Below, in pieces: positions 11,617-29,700 of a stretch of 64,000 bases of DNA (position 1 is the stretch's first letter; each line of letters opens with the position of its first letter). The notes below the pieces were generated by a model that made no database searches, was not told where the DNA came from, and worked only from the letters and a program-made list of their open reading frames with translations. This DNA comes from Nemertoderma westbladi (Eukaryota > Animalia > Xenacoelomorpha), in assembly GCA_032718475.1 (NCBI GenBank), contig JAUCBJ010007015.1, forward strand, positions 9,407 through 73,406. Reading direction: 5' to 3'. The translations under genes were made by a program, and so were the position numbers.

Positions 11617-11719
11617 AATAATCTCACGATATTGATAGGTTATAATATTTCAGCAGTATTAGTACAGTGGTACTGCAAGGTGGGTTCTATATTTATTATT
11701 ACATATGATATTATTACAT

Positions 11720-14700
11720 ACTTGCGGTACTTACATGATACACCAATACTTGAGGTACTCACTTGCGGTACTTACATGATACACCAATACTTGCGGTACT
11801 TACATGATACACCAATACTTGCGGTACTTACATGGTACACCAATACTTGATGTACTCACTTGCGGTACTTACATGGTACACCAATACTTGCGGTACTTAC
11901 ATGATACACCAATACTTACAGTACCTACATGGTACACCAATAGTTGCGGTACTTACATGATACACCAACACTTTCGGTACTTACATGGTACACCAACACT
12001 TGCGGTACTTACATGATACACCAACACTTGCGGTACTTACATGGTACACCAACACTTGCGGTACTTACATGGTACACCAATACTTGCGGTACTTACATGA
12101 TACACCAATACTTGCGGTACTTACATGATACACCAATACTTGCGGTACTTACATGATACACCAATACTTGAGGTACTCACTTGCGGTACTTACATGATAC
12201 ACCAATACTTGCGGTACTTACATGATACACCAATACTTGCGGTACTTACATGATACACCAATACTTGAGGTACTCACTTGCGGTACTTACATGATACACC
12301 AATACTTGCGGTACTTACATAATACACCAATACTTGAGGTACTTACATGGTACACCAATACTTGCGGTACTTACATGATACACCAATACTTGCGGTACTT
12401 ACATGATACACCAATACTTGATGTACTCACTTGCGGTACTTACATGGTACACCAATACTTGCGGTACTTACATGATACACCAATACTTGCGGTACTTACA
12501 TGATACACCAATACTTGATGTACTCACTTGCGGTACTTACATGGTACACCAATACTTGCGGTACTTACATGATACACCAATACTTGCGGTACTTACATGA
12601 TAAACCAATACTTGAGGTACTTACATGGTACACCAATACTTGCGGTACTTACATGATACACCAATACTTGCGGTACTTACATGATACACCAATACTTGCG
12701 GTACTTACATGATACACCAATACTTGCGGTACTTACATGATACACCAATACTTGCGGTACTTACATGGTACACCAATACTTGATGTACTCACTTGCGGTA
12801 CTTACATGGTACACCAATACTTGCGGTACTTACATGATACACCAATACTTGCGGTACTTACATGATACACCAATACTTGCGGTACTTACATGATACACCA
12901 ATACTTGCGGTACTTACATGGTACACCAATACTTGATGTACTCACTTGCGGTACTTACATGGTACACCAATACTTGCGGTACTTACATGATACACCAATA
13001 GTTGCGGTACTTACATGGTACACCAATACTTGCGGTACTTACATGGTACACCAATAATTGATGTACTCACTTGCGGTACTTACATGATACACCAATACTT
13101 GCGGTACTTACATGATACACCAATACTTGCGGTACTTACATGATACACCAATACTTGCGGTACTTACATGGTACACCAATACTTGCGGTACTTACATGAT
13201 ACACCAATACTTGCGGTACTTACATGATACACCAATACTTGATGTACTCACTTGCGGTACTTACATGGTACACCAATACTTGCGGTACTTACATGATACA
13301 CCAATACTTGCGGTACTTACATGATAAACCAATACTTGAGGTACTTACATGGTACACCAATACTTGCGGTACTTACATGATACACCAATACTTGCGGTAC
13401 TTACATGATACACCAATACTTGCGGTACTTACATTATACACCAATACTTGCGGTACTTACATGATACACCAATACTTGCGGTACTTACATGGTACACCAA
13501 TACTTGATGTACTCACTTGCGGTACTTACATGGTACACCAATACTTGCGGTACTTACATGATACACCAATACTTGCGGTACTTACATGATACACCAATAC
13601 TTGCTGTACTTACATGATACACCAATACTTGCGGTACTTACATGGTACACCAATACTTGATGTACTCACTTGCGGTACTTACATGGTACACCAATACTTG
13701 CGGTACTTACATGATACACCAATAGTTGCGGTACTTACATGGTACACCAATACTTGCGGTACTTACATGGTACACCAATAATTGATGTACTCACTTGCGG
13801 TACTTAAATGATACACCAATACTTGCGGTACTTACATGATACACCAATACTTGCGGTACTTACATGGTACACCAATACTTGATGTACTCACTTGCGGTAC
13901 TTACATGGTACACCAATACTTGCGGTACTTACATGATACACCAATACTTGCGGTACTTACATGGTACACCAATACTTGCCGTACATACATGATACACCAA
14001 TACTTGCGGTACTTACATGGTACACCAATACTTGATGTACTCACTTGCGGTACTTACATGGTACACCAATACTTGCGGTACTTACATGATACACCAATAC
14101 TTGCGGTACTTACATGGTACACCAATACTTGCGGTACTTACATGATACACCAATAGTTGCGGTACTTACATGGTACACCAATACTTGCGGTACTTACATG
14201 GTACACCAATACTTGATGTACTCACTTGCGGTACTTACATGATACACCAATACTTGCGGTACTTACATGATACACCAATACTTGCGGTACTTACATGGTA
14301 CACCAATACTTGATGTACTCACTTGCGGTACTTACATGATACACCAATACTTGCGGTACTTACATGATACATCAATACTTGCGGTACTTACATGGTACAC
14401 CAATACTTGATGTACTCACTTGCGGTACTTACATGGTACACCAATACTTGAGGTACTTACATGGAACACCAATACTTGCGGTACTTACATGGTACACCAA
14501 TACTTGCGGTACTTACATGGTACACCAATACTTGATGTACTCACTTGCGGTACTTACATAGTACACCAATACTTGCGGTACTTACATGGTACACCAATAG
14601 TTGCGGTACTTACATGGTACACCAATACTTGCGGTACTTACATGGTACACCAATACTTGATGTACTCACTTGCGGTACTTACATGGTACACCAATACTTG

Positions 14701-17700
14701 ATGTACTCACTTGCGGTACTTACATGGTACACCAATACTTGATGTACTCACTTGCGGTACTTACATGGTACACCAATACTTGCGGTACTTACATGATACA
14801 CCAATACTTGAGGTACTCACTTGCGGTACTTACATGGTACACCAATACTTGAGGTACTTACATGGTACACCAATATTTGCGGTACTTACATGGTACACCA
14901 ATACTTGCGGTACTTACATGATACACCAATACTTGCGGTACTTACATGATACACCAATACTTGCGGTACTTACATGGTACACCAATACTTGCGGTACTTA
15001 CATGGTACACCAATACTTGCGGTACTTACATGATACACCAATACTTGCGGTACTTACATGGTACACCAATACTTGCGGTACTTACATGGTACACCAATAC
15101 TTGCGGTACTTACATGATACACCAATACTTGCGGTACTTACATGATACACCAATACTTGCGGTACTTACATGATACACCAATACTTGCGGTACTTACATG
15201 GTACACCAATACTTGCGGTACTTACATGGTACACCAATACTTGCGGTACTTACATGGTACACCAATACTTGCGGTACTTACATGATACACCAATACTTGC
15301 GGTACTTACATGATACACCAATACTTGCGGTACTTACATGATACACCAATACTTGATGTACTCACTTGCGGTACTTACATGGTACACCAATACTTGCGGT
15401 ACTTACATGATACACCAATACTTGCGGTACTTACATGATACACCAATACTTGATGTACTCACTTGCGGTACTTACATGGTACACCAATACTTGCGGTACT
15501 TACATGATACACCAATACTTGCGGTACTTACATGATAAACCAATACTTGAGGTACTTACATGGTACACCAATACTTGCGGTACTTACATGATACACCAAT
15601 ACTTGCGGTACTTACATGATACACCAATACTTGCGGTACTTACATGATACACCAATACTTGCGGTACTTACATGATACACCAATACTTGCGGTACTTACA
15701 TGGTACACCAATACTTGATGTACTCACTTGCGGTACTTACATGGTACACCAATACTTGCGGTACTTACATGATACACCAATACTTGCGGTACTTACATGA
15801 TACACCAATACTTGCGGTACTTACATGATACACCAATACTTGCGGTACTTACATGGTACACCAATACTTGATGTACTCACTTGCGGTACTTACATGGTAC
15901 ACCAATACTTGCGGTACTTACATGATACACCAATAGTTGCGGTACTTACATGGTACACCAATACTTGCGGTACTTACATGGTACACCAATAATTGATGTA
16001 CTCACTTGCGGTACTTACATGATACACCAATACTTGCGGTACTTACATGATACACCAATACTTGCGGTACTTACATGATACACCAATACTTGCGGTACTT
16101 ACATGGTACACCAATACTTGCGGTACTTACATGATACACCAATACTTGCGGTACTTACATGATACACCAATACTTGATGTACTCACTTGCGGTACTTACA
16201 TGGTACACCAATACTTGCGGTACTTACATGATACACCAATACTTGCGGTACTTACATGATAAACCAATACTTGAGGTACTTACATGGTACACCAATACTT
16301 GCGGTACTTACATGATACACCAATACTTGCGGTACTTACATGATACACCAATACTTGCGGTACTTACATTATACACCAATACTTGCGGTACTTACATGAT
16401 ACACCAATACTTGCGGTACTTACATGGTACACCAATACTTGATGTACTCACTTGCGGTACTTACATGGTACACCAATACTTGCGGTACTTACATGATACA
16501 CCAATACTTGCGGTACTTACATGATACACCAATACTTGCTGTACTTACATGATACACCAATACTTGCGGTACTTACATGGTACACCAATACTTGATGTAC
16601 TCACTTGCGGTACTTACATGGTACACCAATACTTGCGGTACTTACATGATACACCAATAGTTGCGGTACTTACATGGTACACCAATACTTGCGGTACTTA
16701 CATGGTACACCAATAATTGATGTACTCACTTGCGGTACTTAAATGATACACCAATACTTGCGGTACTTACATGATACACCAATACTTGCGGTACTTACAT
16801 GGTACACCAATACTTGATGTACTCACTTGCGGTACTTACATGGTACACCAATACTTGCGGTACTTACATGATACACCAATACTTGCGGTACTTACATGGT
16901 ACACCAATACTTGCCGTACATACATGATACACCAATACTTGCGGTACTTACATGGTACACCAATACTTGATGTACTCACTTGCGGTACTTACATGGTACA
17001 CCAATACTTGCGGTACTTACATGATACACCAATACTTGCGGTACTTACATGGTACACCAATACTTGCGGTACTTACATGATACACCAATAGTTGCGGTAC
17101 TTACATGGTACACCAATACTTGCGGTACTTACATGGTACACCAATACTTGATGTACTCACTTGCGGTACTTACATGATACACCAATACTTGCGGTACTTA
17201 CATGATACACCAATACTTGCGGTACTTACATGGTACACCAATACTTGATGTACTCACTTGCGGTACTTACATGATACACCAATACTTGCGGTACTTACAT
17301 GATACATCAATACTTGCGGTACTTACATGGTACACCAATACTTGATGTACTCACTTGCGGTACTTACATGGTACACCAATACTTGAGGTACTTACATGGA
17401 ACACCAATACTTGCGGTACTTACATGGTACACCAATACTTGCGGTACTTACATGGTACACCAATACTTGATGTACTCACTTGCGGTACTTACATAGTACA
17501 CCAATACTTGCGGTACTTACATGGTACACCAATAGTTGCGGTACTTACATGGTACACCAATACTTGCGGTACTTACATGGTACACCAATACTTGATGTAC
17601 TCACTTGCGGTACTTACATGGTACACCAATACTTGATGTACTCACTTGCGGTACTTACATGGTACACCAATACTTGATGTACTCACTTGCGGTACTTACA

Positions 17701-20700
17701 TGGTACACCAATACTTGCGGTACTTACATGATACACCAATACTTGAGGTACTCACTTGCGGTACTTACATGGTACACCAATACTTGAGGTACTTACATGG
17801 TACACCAATATTTGCGGTACTTACATGGTACACCAATACTTGCGGTACTTACATGATACACCAATACTTGCGGTACTTACATGATACACCAATACTTGCG
17901 GTACTTACATGGTACACCAATACTTGCGGTACTTACATGGTACACCAATACTTGCGGTACTTACATGATACACCAATACTTGCGGTACTTACATGGTACA
18001 CCAATACTTGCGGTACTTACATGGTACACCAATACTTGCGGTACTTACATGATACACCAATACTTGCGGTACTTACATGATACACCAATACTTGCGGTAC
18101 TTACATGATACACCAATACTTGCGGTACTTACATGGTACACCAATACTTGCGGTACTTACATGGTACACCAATACTTGCGGTACTTACATGGTACACCAA
18201 TACTTGCGGTACTTACATGATACACCAATACTTGCGGTACTTACATGGTACACCAATACTTGCGGTACTTACATGGTACACCAATACTTGTGGTACTTAC
18301 ATGATACACCAATACTTGCGGTACTTACATGATACACCAATACTTGCGGTTCTTACATGATACACCAATACTTGCGGTACTTACATGGTACACCAATACT
18401 TGCGGTACTTACATGATACACCAATACTTGAGGTACTTACATGGTACACCAATACTTGCAGTACTTACATGGTACACCAATACTTGCAGTACTTACATGG
18501 TACACCAATACTTGCAGTACCTACATGGTACACCAATACTTGCGGTACTTACATGGTACACCAATACTTGCAGTACTTACATGATACATCAATACTTGCG
18601 GCACATACATGATACACCAATACTTGAGGTACTTACATGATACACCAATACGTGAGGTACTTACATGATACACCAATACTTGAGGTACTTACATGGTACA
18701 CCAATACTTGCGGTACTTACATGATACACCAATACTTGCGGTACTTACATGATACACCAATACTTGCAGTACTTACATGGTACACCAATACTTGCAGTAC
18801 TTACATGGTACACCAATACTTGCCGTACATACATGATACACCAATACTTGAGGTACTTACATGGTACACCAATACTTGCAGTACTTACATGATACATCAA
18901 TACTTGCGGTACATACATGATACACCAATACTTGAGGTACTTACATGATACACCAATACGTGAGGTACATACATGATATACCAATACTTGAGGTACTTAC
19001 ATGATACACCAATACTTGCGGTACTTACATGATACACCAATACTTGCGGTTCTTACATGGTACACCAATACTTGCGGTACTTACATGGTACACCAATACT
19101 TGATGTACTCACTTGCGGTACTTACATGGTACACCAATACTTGATGTACTCACTTGCGGTACTTACATGGTACACCAATACTTGCGGTACTTACATGATA
19201 CACCAATACTTGAGGTACTCACTTGCGGTACTTACATGGTACACCAATACTTGAGGTACTTACATGGTACACCAATACTTGCGGTACTTACATGGTACAC
19301 CAATACTTGTGGTACTTACATGGTACACCAATACTTGCAGTACCCACATGGTACACCAATACTTGCGGTACTTACATGATACACCAATACTTGCAGTACC
19401 TACATGGTACACCAATACTTGCGGTACTTACATGATACACAATACTTGAGGTACTTACATGGTACACCAATACTTGAGGTACTTACATGGTACACCAATA
19501 CTTGCAGTACTTACATGATACATCAATACTTGCGGTACATACATGATACACCAATACTTGCGGTACATACATGATACACCAATACTTGAGGTACTTACAT
19601 GATACACCAATACTTGCAGTACTTACATGATACATCAATACTTGCGGTACATACATGATACACCAATACTTGCGGTTCTTACATGATACACCAATACTTG
19701 AGGTACTTACATGATACACCAATACTTGAGGTACTTACATGGTACACCAATACTTGCAGTACTTACATGATACACCAATACTTGCGGTACTTACATGATA
19801 CACCAATACTTGCGGTACTTACATGATACATCAATACTTGCGGTACTTACATGATACACCAATACTTGAGGTACTTACATGATACACCAATACTTGCGGT
19901 ACTTACATGGTACACCAATACTTGAGGTACTTACATGATACACCAATACTTGCAGTACCTACATGATACATCAATACTTGCGGTACTTACATGATACATC
20001 AATACTTGCGGTACTTACATGATACACCAATACTTGCGGTACTTACATGGTACACCAATACTTGAGGTACTTACATGATACACCAATACTTGCAGTACCT
20101 ACATGGTACACCAATACTTGCGGTACTTACATGATACACCAATACTTGCGGTACTTACATGATACACCAATACTTGCAGTACCTACATGGTACACCAATA
20201 CTTGCGGTACTTACATGATACACCAATACTTGCAGTACCTACATGGTACACCAATACTTGCGGTACTTACATGATACACCAATACTTGCAGTACCTACAT
20301 GGTACACCAATACTTGCGGTACTTACATGATACACCAATACTTGTGGTACTTACATGATACACCAATACTTGCAGTACCCACATGGTACACCAATACTTG
20401 CGGTACTTACATGATACACCAATACTTGCAGTACCTACATGGTACACCAATACTTGCGGTACTTACATGATACACAATACTTGCGGTACTTTCATGATAC
20501 ACCAATACTTGCGGTACTTACATGATACACCAATACTTGCAGTAGTACCTACATGATACACCACTACTTGAGGTACTCACTTGCGGTACTTACATGATAC
20601 ACAATATTTGCGGTACTTACATGATACACCAATACTTGCGGTACTTACATGATACACCAATACTTGCGGTACTTACATGATACACCAATAGTTGCGGTAC

Positions 20701-23700
20701 TTACATGATACACCAATACTTGCGGTACTTACATGATACACCAATACTTGCAGTACCTACATGGTACACCAATACTTGCGGTACTTACATGATACACCAA
20801 TACTTGCAGTACTTACATGGTACACCAATACTTGAGGTACTTACATGATACACCAATACTTGCAGTACTTACATGGTACACCAATACTTGGGGTACTTAC
20901 ATGGTACACCAATAATTGCGGTACTTACATGATACACCAATACTTGCGGTACTTACATGATACACCAATACTTGCGGTACTTACATGATACACCAATACT
21001 TGCAGTACCTACATGGTACACCAATACTTGCGGTTCTTACATGATACACCAATACTTGCAGTACTTACATGGTACACCAATACTTGAGGTACTTACATGA
21101 TACACCAATACTTGCAGTACTTACATGGTACACCAATACTTGCGGTACTTACATGGTACACCAATACTTGCAGTACTTACATGGTACACCAATACTTGAG
21201 GTCCTTACATGATACACCAATACTTGCAGTACTTACATGGTACACCAATACTTGCGGTACTTACATGGTACACCAATACTTGCGGTACTTACATGATACA
21301 CCAATACTTGCGGTACTTACATGGTACACCAATACTTGCGGTACTTACATGATACACCAATACTTGAGGTACTTACATGATACACCAATACTTGCGGTAC
21401 TTACATGGTACACCAATACTTGCGGTACTTACATGATACACCAATACGTGAGGTACTCACTTGCGGTACTTACATGATACACAATACTTGCGGTACTTAC
21501 ATGATACACCAATACTTGCGGTACTTACATGATACACCAATACTTGCGGTACTTACATGATACACCAATACTTGCAGTACTTACATGGTACACAATAGTT
21601 GCGGTACTTACATGGTACACCAATACTTGCGGTACTTACATGGTACACCAATACTTGAGGTACTTACATGATACACCAATACTTGCAGTACTTACATGGT
21701 ACACAATAGTTGCGGTACTTACATGGTACACCAATACTTGCGGTACTTACATGATACACCAATACTTGCAGTACTTACATGGTACACCACTACTTGCGGT
21801 ACTTACATGGTACACCAATACTTGCGGTACTTACATGATACACCAATACTTGCAGTACTTACATGGTACACCAATACTTGCGGTACTTACATGATACACC
21901 AATACTTGCGGTACTTACATGGTACACCAATACTTGAGGTACTTACATGGTACACCAATACTTGCAGTACTTACATGGTACACCAATACTTGCGGTACTT
22001 ACATGGTACACCAATACTTGCGGTACTTACATGATACACCAATACTTGCAGTACCTACATGGTACACCAATACTTGCGGTACTTACATGGTACACCAATA
22101 CTTGCGGTACTTACATGGTACACCAATACTTGCAGTACTTACATGGTACACCAATACTTGCGGTACTTACACGGTACACCAATACTTGCGGTACTTACAT
22201 GGTACACCAATACTTGCGGTACTTACATGGTACACCAATACTTGCGGTACTTACATGGTACACCAATACTTGCAGTACTTACATGATACACCAATACTTG
22301 CGGTACTTACATGGTACACCAATACTTGCGGTACTTACATGGTACACCAATACTTGCGGTACTTACATGGTACACCAATACTTGCGGTACTTACATGGTA
22401 CACCAATACTTGCAGTACTTACATGATACATCAATACTTGCGGTACATACATGATACACCAATACTTGAGGTACTTACATGATACACCAATACGTGAGGT
22501 ACTTACATGATACACCAATACTTGAGGTACTTACATGGTACACCAATACTTGCAGTACTTACATGGTACACCAATACTTGCGGTACTTACATGGTACACC
22601 AATACTTGCCGTACATACATGATACACCAATACTTGAGGTACTTACATGGTACACCAATACTTGCAGTACTTACATGATACATCAATACTTGCGGTACAT
22701 ACATGATACACCAATACTTGAGGTACTTACATGATACACCAATACGTGAGGTACATACATGATACACCAATACTTGAGGTACTTACATGCTACACCAATA
22801 CTTGCGGTACTTACATGATACACCAATATTTGCGGTACTTACATGGTACACCAATACTTGCGGTACTTACATGATACACCAATACTTGCGGTACTTACAT
22901 GGTACACCAATACTTGAGGTACTTACATGGTACACCAATACTTGCCGTACATACATGATACACCAATACTTGAGGTACTTACATGATACACCAATACTTG
23001 AGGTACTTACATGATACACCAATACTTGAGGTACTTACATGGTACACCAATACTTGCAGTACTTACATGATACATCAATACTTGCGGTACATACATGATA
23101 CACCAATACTTGCGGTACATACATGATACACCAATACTTGAGGTACTTACATGATACACCAATACTTGAGGTACTTACATGGTACACCAATACTTGCGGT
23201 ACTTACATGATACACCAATACTTGCGGTACTTACATGGTACACCAATACTTGAGGTACTTACATGATACACCAATACTTGCAGTACCTACATGGTACACC
23301 AATACTTGCGGTACTTACATGATACACCAATACTTGCGGTACTTACATGATACACCAATACTTGCAGTACCTACATGGTACACCAATACTTGCGGTACTT
23401 ACATGATACACCAATACTTGCAGTACCTACATGGTACACCAATACTTGCGGTACTTACATGATACACCAATACTTGCAGTACCTACATGGTACACCAATA
23501 CTTGCGGTACTTACATGATACACCAATACTTGCGGTACTTACATGATACACCAATACTTGCAGTACCTACATGGTACACCAATACTTGCGGTACTTACAT
23601 GATACACCAATACTTGCAGTACCTACATGGTACACCAATACTTGCGGTACTTACATGATACATAATACTTGCGGTACTTTCATGATACACCAATACTTGC

Positions 23701-26700
23701 GGTACTTACATGATACACCAATACTTGCAGTACCTACATGATACACCACTACTTGAGGTACTCACTTGCGGTACTTACATGATACACAATACTTGCGGTA
23801 CTTACATGATACACCAATACTTGCGGTACTTACATGATACACCAATACTTGCGGTACTTACATGATACACAATACTTGCGGTACTTACATGATACACCAA
23901 TACTTGCGGTACTTACATGATACACCAATACTTGCAGTACCTACATGGTACACCAATACTTGCGGTACTTACATGATACACCAATACTTGCAGTACCTAC
24001 ATGATACACCAATACTTGAGGTACTCACTTGCGGTACTTACATGATACACAATACTTGCGGTACTTACATGATACACCAATACTTGCGGTACTTACATGA
24101 TACACCAATACCTGCGGTACTTACATGATACACAATACTTGCGGTACTTACATGATACACCAATACTTGCGGTACTTACATGATACACCAATACTTGCAG
24201 TACCTACATGGTACACCAATACTTGCGGTACTTACATGATACACCAACACTTGCAGTACCTACATGGTACACCAATACTTGCGGTAGTTACATGATACAC
24301 AATACTTGCGGTACATACATGGTACACCAATACTTGAGGTACTCACTTGTGGTACTTACATGATACACAATACTTGCGGTACTTACATGATACACCAATA
24401 CTTGCGGTACTTACATGATACACCAATACTTGCAGTACCTACGTGATACACCAATACTTGAGGTACTCACTTGCGGTACTTACATGGTACACAATACTTG
24501 CGGTACTTACATGATACACCAATACTTGCGGTACTTACATGATACACCAATACTTGCAGTACCTACATGATACACCAATACTTGAGGTACTCACTTGCGG
24601 TACTTACATGATACACAATACTTGCGGTACTTACATGATACACCAATACTTGCGGTACTTACATGATACACCAATACTTGCGGTACTTACATGATACACC
24701 AATACTTGCAGTACCTACATGGTACACCAATACTTGCGGTACTTACATGGTACACCAATACTTGCAGTACCTACATGGTACACCAATACTTGCGGTACTT
24801 ACATGATACACCAATACTTGCGGTACTTACATGATACACCAATACTTGCAGTACCTACATGGTACACCAATACTTGCGGTACTTACATGGTACACCAATA
24901 CATGCAGTACCTACATGGTACACCAATACTTGCGGTACTTACATGATACACCAATACTTGCAGTACTTACATGGTACACCAATACTTGAGGTACTTACAT
25001 GATACACCAATACTTGCGGTACTTACATGATACACCAATACTTGCAGTACCTACATGGTACACCAATACTTGCGGTACTTACATGGTACACCAATACTTG
25101 CAGTACCTACATGGTACACCAATACTTGCGGTACTTACATGATACACCAATACTTGCGGTACTTACATGATACACCAATACTTGCAGTACCTACATGGTA
25201 CACCAATACTTGCGGTACTTACATGGTACACCAATACTTGCAGTACCTACATGGTACACCAATACTTGCGGTACTTACATGATACACCAATACTTGCAGT
25301 ACTTACATGGTACACCAATACTTGAGGTACTTACATGATACACCAATACTTGCAGTACTTACATGGTACACCAATACTTGGGGTACTTACATGGTACACC
25401 AATAATTGCGGTACTTACATGATACACCAATACTTGAGGTACTTACATGATACACCAATACTTGCGGTACTTACATGATACACCAATACTTGCAGTACCT
25501 ACATGGTACACCAATACTTGCGGTACTTACATGATACACCAATACTTGCAGTACTTACATGGTACACCAATACTTGAGGTACTTACATGATACACCAATA
25601 CTTGCAGTACTTACATGGTACACCAATACTTGCGGTACTTACATGGTACAACAATACTTGCAGTACTTACATGGTACACCAATACTTGAGGTACTTACAT
25701 GATACACCAATACTTGCAGTACTTACATGGTACACCAATACTTGCGGTACTTACATGGTACACCAATACTTTCGGTACTTACATGATACACCAATACTTG
25801 CGGTACTCACTTGCGGTACTTACATGATACACCAATACTTGAGGTACTTACATGATACACCAATACTTGCGGTACTTACATGGTACACCAATACTTGAGG
25901 TACTTACATGATACACCAATACTTGCGGTACTTACATGGTACACCAATACTTGCGGTACTTACATGATACACCAATACTTGAGGTACTCACTTGCGGTAC
26001 TTACATGATACACAATACTTGCGGTACTTACATGATACACCAATACTTGCGGTACTTACATGATACACCAATACTTGCGGTACTTACATGATACACCAAT
26101 ACTTGCAGTACTTACATGGTACACAATAGTTGCGGTACTTACATGGTACACCAATACTTGCGGTACTTACATGGTACACCAATACTTGAGGTACTTACAT
26201 GATACACCAATACTTGCAGTACTTACATGGTACACAATAGTTGCGGTACTTACATGGTACACCAATACTTGCGGTACTTACATGATACACCAATACTTGC
26301 AGTACTTACATGGTACACCACTACTTGCGGTACTTACATGGTACACCAATACTTGCGGTACTTACATGATACACCAATACTTGCAGTACTTACATGGTAC
26401 ACCAATACTTGCGGTACTTACATGATACACCAATACTTGCGGTACTTACATGGTACACCAATACTTGAGGTACTTACATGGTACACCAATACTTGCAGTA
26501 CTTACATGGTACACCAATACTTGCGGTACTTACATGGTACACCAATACTTGCGGTACTTACATGATACACCAATACTTGCAGTACCTACATGGTACACCA
26601 ATACTTGCGGTACTTACATGGTACACCAATACTTGCGGTACTTACATGGTACACCAATACTTGCAGTACTTACATGGTACACCAATACTTGCGGTACTTA

Positions 26701-29700
26701 CACGGTACACCAATACTTGCGGTACTTACATGGTACACCAATACTTGCGGTACTTACATGGTACACCAATACTTGCGGTACTTACATGATACACCAATAC
26801 TTGCGGTACTTACATGGTACACCAATACTTGCGGTACTTACATGGTACACCAATACTTGCGGTACTTACATGATACACCAATACTTGCGGTACTTACATG
26901 GTACACCAATACTTGAGGTACTTACATGATACACCAATACTTGCAGTACTTACATGGTACACAATAGTTGCGGTACTTACATGGTACACCAATACTTGCG
27001 GTACTTACATGGTACACCAATACTTGCGGTACTTACATGATACACCAATACTTGCGGTACTTACATGATACACCAATACTTGAGGTACTTACATGATACA
27101 CCAATACTTGCGGTACTTACATGATACACCAATACTTGCGGTACTTACATGATACACAATAGTTGCGGTGCTTACATGATACACAATACTTGCGGTACTT
27201 ACATGATAGACGAATACTTGCGGTACTTACATGGTACACCAATACTTGCGGTACTTACATGATACACCAATACTTGCGGTACTTACATGATACACCAATA
27301 CTTGAGGTACTTACATGATACACCAATACTTGCGGTACTTACATGATACACCAATACTTGAGGTACTTACATGATACACCAATACTTGCGGTACTTACAT
27401 GATACACCAATACTTGCGGTACTTACATGATACACCAATACTTGCGGTACTTACATGATACACCAATACTTGCGGTACTTACATGATACACAATAGTTGT
27501 GGTGCTTACATGATACACAATACTTGCGGTACTTACATGATACACCAATACTTGCGGTACTTACATGATATACCAATACTTGAGGTACTTACATGGTACA
27601 CCAATACTTGAGGTACTTACATGATACACCAATACTTGCAGTACTTACATGGTACACAATAGTTGCGGTACTTACATGGTACACCAATACTTGCGGTACT
27701 TACATGATACACCAATACTTGAGGTACTTACATGATACACCAATACTTGCGGTACTTACATGATACACCAATACTTGCGGTACTTACATGATACACCAAT
27801 ACTTGCGGTACTTACATGATACACCAATACTTGCGGTACTTACATGATACACAATAGTTGTGGTGCTTACATGATACACAATACTTGCGGTACTTACATG
27901 ATACACCAATACTTGCGGTACTTACATGATACACCAATACTTGAGGTACTTACATGGTACACCAATACTTGAGGTACTTACATGATACACCAATACTTGC
28001 AGTACTTACATGGTACACAATAGTTGCGGTACTTACATGGTACACCAATACTTGCGGTACTTACCTGATACACAATACTTGCGGTACTTACATGGTACAA
28101 CAATACTTGCAGTACTTACATGGTACACCAATACTTGAGGTACTTACATGATACACCAATACTTGCAGTACTTACATGGTACACCGATACTTGCGGTACT
28201 TACATGGTACACCAATACTTGCGGTACTTACATGATACACCAATACTTGCGGTACTCACTTGCGGTACTTACATGATACACCAATACTTGAGGTACTTAC
28301 ATGATACACCAATACTTGCGGTACTTACATGATACACCAATACTTGCGGTACTTACATGGTACACCAATACTTGCGGTACTTACATGATACACCAATACT
28401 TGAGGTACTCACTTGCGGTACTTACATGATACACAATACTTGCGGTACTTACATGATACACCAATACTTGCGGTACTTACATGATACACCAATACTTGCG
28501 GTACTTACATGATACACCAATACTTGCAGTACTTACATGGTACACAATAGTTGCGGTACTTACATGGTACACCAATACTTGCGGTACTTACATGGTACAC
28601 CAATACTTGAGGTACTTACATGATACACCAATACTTGCAGTACTTACATGGTACACAATAGTTGCGGTACTTACATGGTACACCAATACTTGCGGTACTT
28701 ACATGATACACCAATACTTGCAGTACTTACATGGTACACCACTACTTGCGGTACTTACATGGTACACCAATACTTGCGGTACTTACATGATACACCAATA
28801 CTTGCAGTACTTACATGGTACACCAATACTTGCGGTACTTACATGATACACCAATACTTGCGGTACTTACATGGTACACCAATACTTGAGGTACTTACAT
28901 GGTACACCAATACTTGCAGTACTTACATGGTACACCAATACTTGCGGTACTTACATGGTACACCAATACTTGCGGTACTTACATGATACACCAATACTTG
29001 CAGTACCTACATGGTACACCAATACTTGCGTTACTTACATGGTACACCAATACTTGCGGTACTTACATGGTACACCAATACTTGCAGTACTTACATGGTA
29101 CACCAATACTTGCGGTACTTACACGGTACACCAATACTTGCGGTACTTACATGGTACACCAATACTTGCGGTACTTACATGGTACACCAATACTTGCGGT
29201 ACTTACATGATACACCAATACTTGCGGTACTTACATGGTACACCAATACTTGCGGTACTTACATGGTACACCAATACTTGCGGTACTTACATGATACACC
29301 AATACTTGCGGTACTTACATGGTACACCAATACTTGAGGTACTTACATGATACACCAATACTTGCAGTACTTACATGGTACACAATAGTTGCGGTACTTA
29401 CATGGTACACCAATACTTGCGGTACTTACATGGTACACCAATACTTGCGGTACTTACATGATACACCAATACTTGCGGTACTTACATATGATACACCAAT
29501 ACTTGAGGTACTTACATGATACACCAATACTTGCGGTACTTACATGATACACCAATACTTGCGGTACTTACATGATACACAATAGTTGCGGTGCTTACAT
29601 GATACACAATACTTGCGGTACTTACATGATAGACGAATACTTGCGGTACTTACATGGTACACCAATACTTGCGGTACTTACATGATACACCAATACTTGC

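Larger units (their letters stand above)
4242..11719 (-). mobile_element. Apparently full-length non-LTR retrotransposon (APE-RT LINE, CR1/L2/Daphne/Crack-like group) inserted in the 28-bp satellite
   Basis: Two long uninterrupted ORFs, a ~100-bp 5' UTR and a ~620-bp 3' UTR. The 3' end has AATAAA (plus-strand TTTATT at 4291), a CGCGC-GTTT-GCGCG stem-loop and a (TAATC)2-TAAA tail. Satellite register overlaps by 14 bp (ACTTGCGGTACTTA at 4228-4241 and 11720-11733), consistent with a TSD. The clade call is tentative. Confidence 0.93.

Noticed and set aside
4551-11850. Short plus-strand and alternative-frame ORFs overlapping the LINE
   Set aside because: They are antisense or shadow frames of ORF1/ORF2 and of the 57-bp coding repeat.
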